Source: Candidatus Xenobia bacterium (GTDB lineage: Bacteria; Vulcanimicrobiota; Xenobia; Xenobiales; QWHO01). Taken from it: DNA of 63,355 nt. Position numbers and translations under genes: made by a program. The notes beneath the pieces are model-generated. The model saw only the letters and a list, made by a program, of their open reading frames with translations. It was not told the origin of the DNA and made no database searches. Shown in pieces: positions 62,101 through 63,355 of the stretch. The stretch is from the NCBI GenBank assembly GCA_045863235.1, contig BTUM01000046.1, positions 1 through 63,355 of the forward strand. The letters run 5' to 3'. The number at the start of each line of letters is the position of its first letter. Within the stretch, counting starts at the first letter, position 1.

Positions 62101-63046
62101 GGGACGAGCTGAAAGCCAGGGCGTCCTGGGTGGAGTTCTCGAGGAAGTGGGGCCAGGACTCGCGGTTCAGGTTGCGCGCGGTGATGCGGGCCGCCTGCCC
62201 CACCTCGGGATCGTCCTTGAGCTTGTCGAGCCAGGCCTGGTGAGGGGGGAGGTCACGGGCGATCTGCACGAGTTCGGGCCCCGACAGCGCGATTTTTTCG
62301 AGGGCGGGGGGCAGCACGCGCTCATAGTCCTCGGGTTGGGCCTCTTTCAGCAGCGCGGGCAGCTCGTGCGGTTTGGCATCGTAGACCTGGCGGGTGAGCT
62401 GCAGGTCGCCCTTCTCGGGCTGAAAGCGCTCGAAGTCGGTGAGCTCGGCACTGCGCTCGACGGGAAGCCAGGGCTCTTGCTTGCCCAGGCTGGTGGCCAG
62501 GTGCGGCAGGCACGGCTCGCCCCTGGCGTCAAAAGCGTCGTAGTGCAGCAGGTCGCTCGCCTTGTAGAAAGCCGCCAGCGCGCCCACCCCCGCAAGATCG
62601 AGAGCCAGCTTGTGGCTGTGGTAGAGCCCGGTCACCCGGCCCGCGGGCAGCTCCTGATAGGCCTGCAGGGCGCTGATGCTCTGCTGGCCGCTCTGGAAGG
62701 CCCAGCCCGCCTCGCGCAGGTCGAGCAGCGCTTCGGCCAGGGCCGGCTGAGGCAGCACGCTGGCCGGCAGCAGCCCCTGGAACACCGCCAGCTGGGTGAG
62801 GTCCTCCTGGCTCTTGAGGGCGCAGGGGAGATCGGCGTCGGGGAGGTGGACCTGCAGGTCGGGCTCGGCTTTGGCGAGCTGCTTCTGGATATCTTCGGCG
62901 CTGGCTGCGCGGCGGCCGAACAGCTTGAGCCAGCGGGGCACGGTGACCTCGGCCCCGGAGTCGAGCACGTCCTGGGCCAGTGGTTTCTTTTGCTGGGTGG
63001 CAGGGAGAGGCCTGAGCGACCAGCTATGCACTCCCTGGATGTTCAT
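59120..63046 (-). CDS. Large hypothetical protein (~1308 aa) with ~134-142-aa internal repeats
   Basis: AAGGAAG precedes ATG 63046 (MNIQGVH...). Five L-x-A-(L/I)-(D/N)-R-W repeat anchors. The ORF-track extension to 63337 runs through the DNA repeat array. Confidence 0.8.
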   Translation of the reverse strand: MNIQGVHSWSLRPLPATQQKKPLAQDVLDSGAEVTVPRWLKLFGRRAASAEDIQKQLAKAEPDLQVHLPDADLPCALKSQEDLTQLAVFQGLLPASVLPQPALAEALLDLREAGWAFQSGQQSISALQAYQELPAGRVTGLYHSHKLALDLAGVGALAAFYKASDLLHYDAFDARGEPCLPHLATSLGKQEPWLPVERSAELTDFERFQPEKGDLQLTRQVYDAKPHELPALLKEAQPEDYERVLPPALEKIALSGPELVQIARDLPPHQAWLDKLKDDPEVGQAARITARNLNRESWPHFLENSTQDALAFSSSLLEKTPSNQVALEVLRALQQDPETRPAARALEHWQPADLAQATRKLLVNPRLSEKELDQLGLELCRGDNKREARLLESRAERGIPAARMAATLYPRLQSYDARRRVLEAGMGSAHGVRLYRPLLENLRDQKDASLIAEQARQDLAGLPVMAAINRWGHHEALLAVKLAVENEGLKTPAELHRLGVSQCSAYNQTFCQLLLQEQKALGPEQARAAEIGLELMGELKSSTTRQKLWELCTRSTAQAQDREQVYATLLRDVDRSRADQDAQLLAGKLRPMLASTPVLQALDRWQLGLDEPALIQLAVDNRNLTDAKDIHRFGVSRVSLYQMDQCMKLLQEQEAFGGDQAQAARTARELLPQLKSRRAKEKLWKLATTAVVDPMKLYPAILDDLRGNSSEYQREAQQADQNLVAARLRPHLQSHPLLQALDRWPLGYDEAGKMAHVLENLRVSTPEEVHQVGIQLTSTYNSAMCEAILKDQEAFGAERAEAARLALELMPQLKSRRVREKAFELATRQAALVKDPLQAYSWLLNASEQESDYQREQIQKDHELLAGRMRPLLAGNPVLAALDRWPSGLDEVGRIRKTLDNPRARTAAEVHAVGVSLCSHYNTAMTTALLEEQVAAGGREGQAAALALELGRLVKSHIAREKIWEMATKRPELAGKPLELYASLIDHLQESSSSYQSDQKQTDALALAGRARPLLAGNRVLEALDRWNYSDETRRIQAVLKNPQADPLALGEKLCSDHDFALQTRLLAEKGAPNAQLAMKLIGSCQASASKTALYKQGMKQQSLPEFYARSLDAITSLSSNWQADQRQRDAQILAEQALQDLPGEAARLARAWQPADKVRAARSVLTCPELRGAELERWLALAICPPGDQALQDRTLAAQGTDLARLTQSLRGQVQSEGARYALWRGAVEQPELGDAEAARKFAKNVLKHYDEHWSRKPKERETLEKLLETYLSVVTLVARPAPTGVVEEGERVLVGGVVVRKKEISA

Positions 63047-63105
63047 CTTCCTTGCAGGATAAGCGTTTGGGCTGAAGGGGGGCTGAAAGCTGGGTTTGCG
63101 GCGGA

Positions 63106-63355
63106 TGCCCTCGCAAGCCCGGCGACCTGCCCAGCACAGCCCAGCCCGGGGCTGCGCCACCGCATGCGCACCCGACTTGCCCGCGCAAGCCCAGCAACCT
63201 GCACAGCACACGCACAGCCGGGGCTGCGCCACCGAGTGGGGCGCGCATGCGCACCCGACTTGCCCGCGCAAGCCCAGCAACCTGCACAGCACAACCCAGC
63301 CCGGGGCTGCGCCACCGAGTGGGGCGCGCATGCGCACCCGACTTGCCCGCGCAAG
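63106..63355. repeat. 83-bp palindromic tandem repeat array (truncated by the window end)
   Basis: Units start at 63106 (72 bp, lacking AGTGGGGCGCG), 63178, 63261 and 63344 (partial). Complete units carry GCGCATGCGC, CTTGC-ccgc-GCAAG and GCGCC...GGCGC hairpins. Confidence 0.9.

Noticed and set aside
63047..63337. N-terminal 97 aa of the 1405-aa ORF
   Set aside because: Translation of the non-coding 83-bp repeats. A better SD+ATG lies at 63046.
63106..63355. CRISPR array
   Set aside because: Units are near-identical over their full length with no unique 25-45-nt spacers, and no cas genes are visible.

Overview
GC-rich bacterial window with four parts. (1) About 1-40.4 kb is a large, heavily scrambled surface-polysaccharide locus. 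It encodes a split, divergent Wzc-type kinase and co-polymerase, WecA, a Wzy/ligase-family protein, a PglK/HepA-like ABC transporter and 7 glycosyltransferases. Nucleotide-sugar genes are two Gmd, a GDP-mannose 3',5'-epimerase-like enzyme and a UDP-Glc/GDP-Man dehydrogenase. The decoration toolkit is unusually large: 3 MBOATs, 3 SGNH-like partners, 2 AT3 acyltransferases, WbqC, a sulfotransferase and methyltransferases. It also includes FkbH + ACP + a MaoC-SDR fusion that together look like a Dlt-style glyceryl/lactyl transfer pathway. (2) About 44.1-54.1 kb is a complete lasso-peptide (RiPP) cluster: ABC exporter, RRE/B1, B2 protease and cyclase. A 55-aa precursor missing from the ORF track lies at 50756-50923 (core GGSGAETENKGKDPQLDKKP). 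Tailoring candidates are an HPr-kinase-like kinase, a PRMT-fold methyltransferase, a PhyH-type dioxygenase, and a divergent nucleotidyltransferase coupled to an O-antigen-ligase-family gene. (3) A cbiM(N)QO cobalt/nickel ECF transporter and an Rpn-family nuclease follow. (4) A ~1308-aa protein with novel-looking ~140-aa repeats is preceded by an 83-bp palindromic tandem repeat array cut by the window edge. All calls come from motif recognition by eye; no database searches were run.
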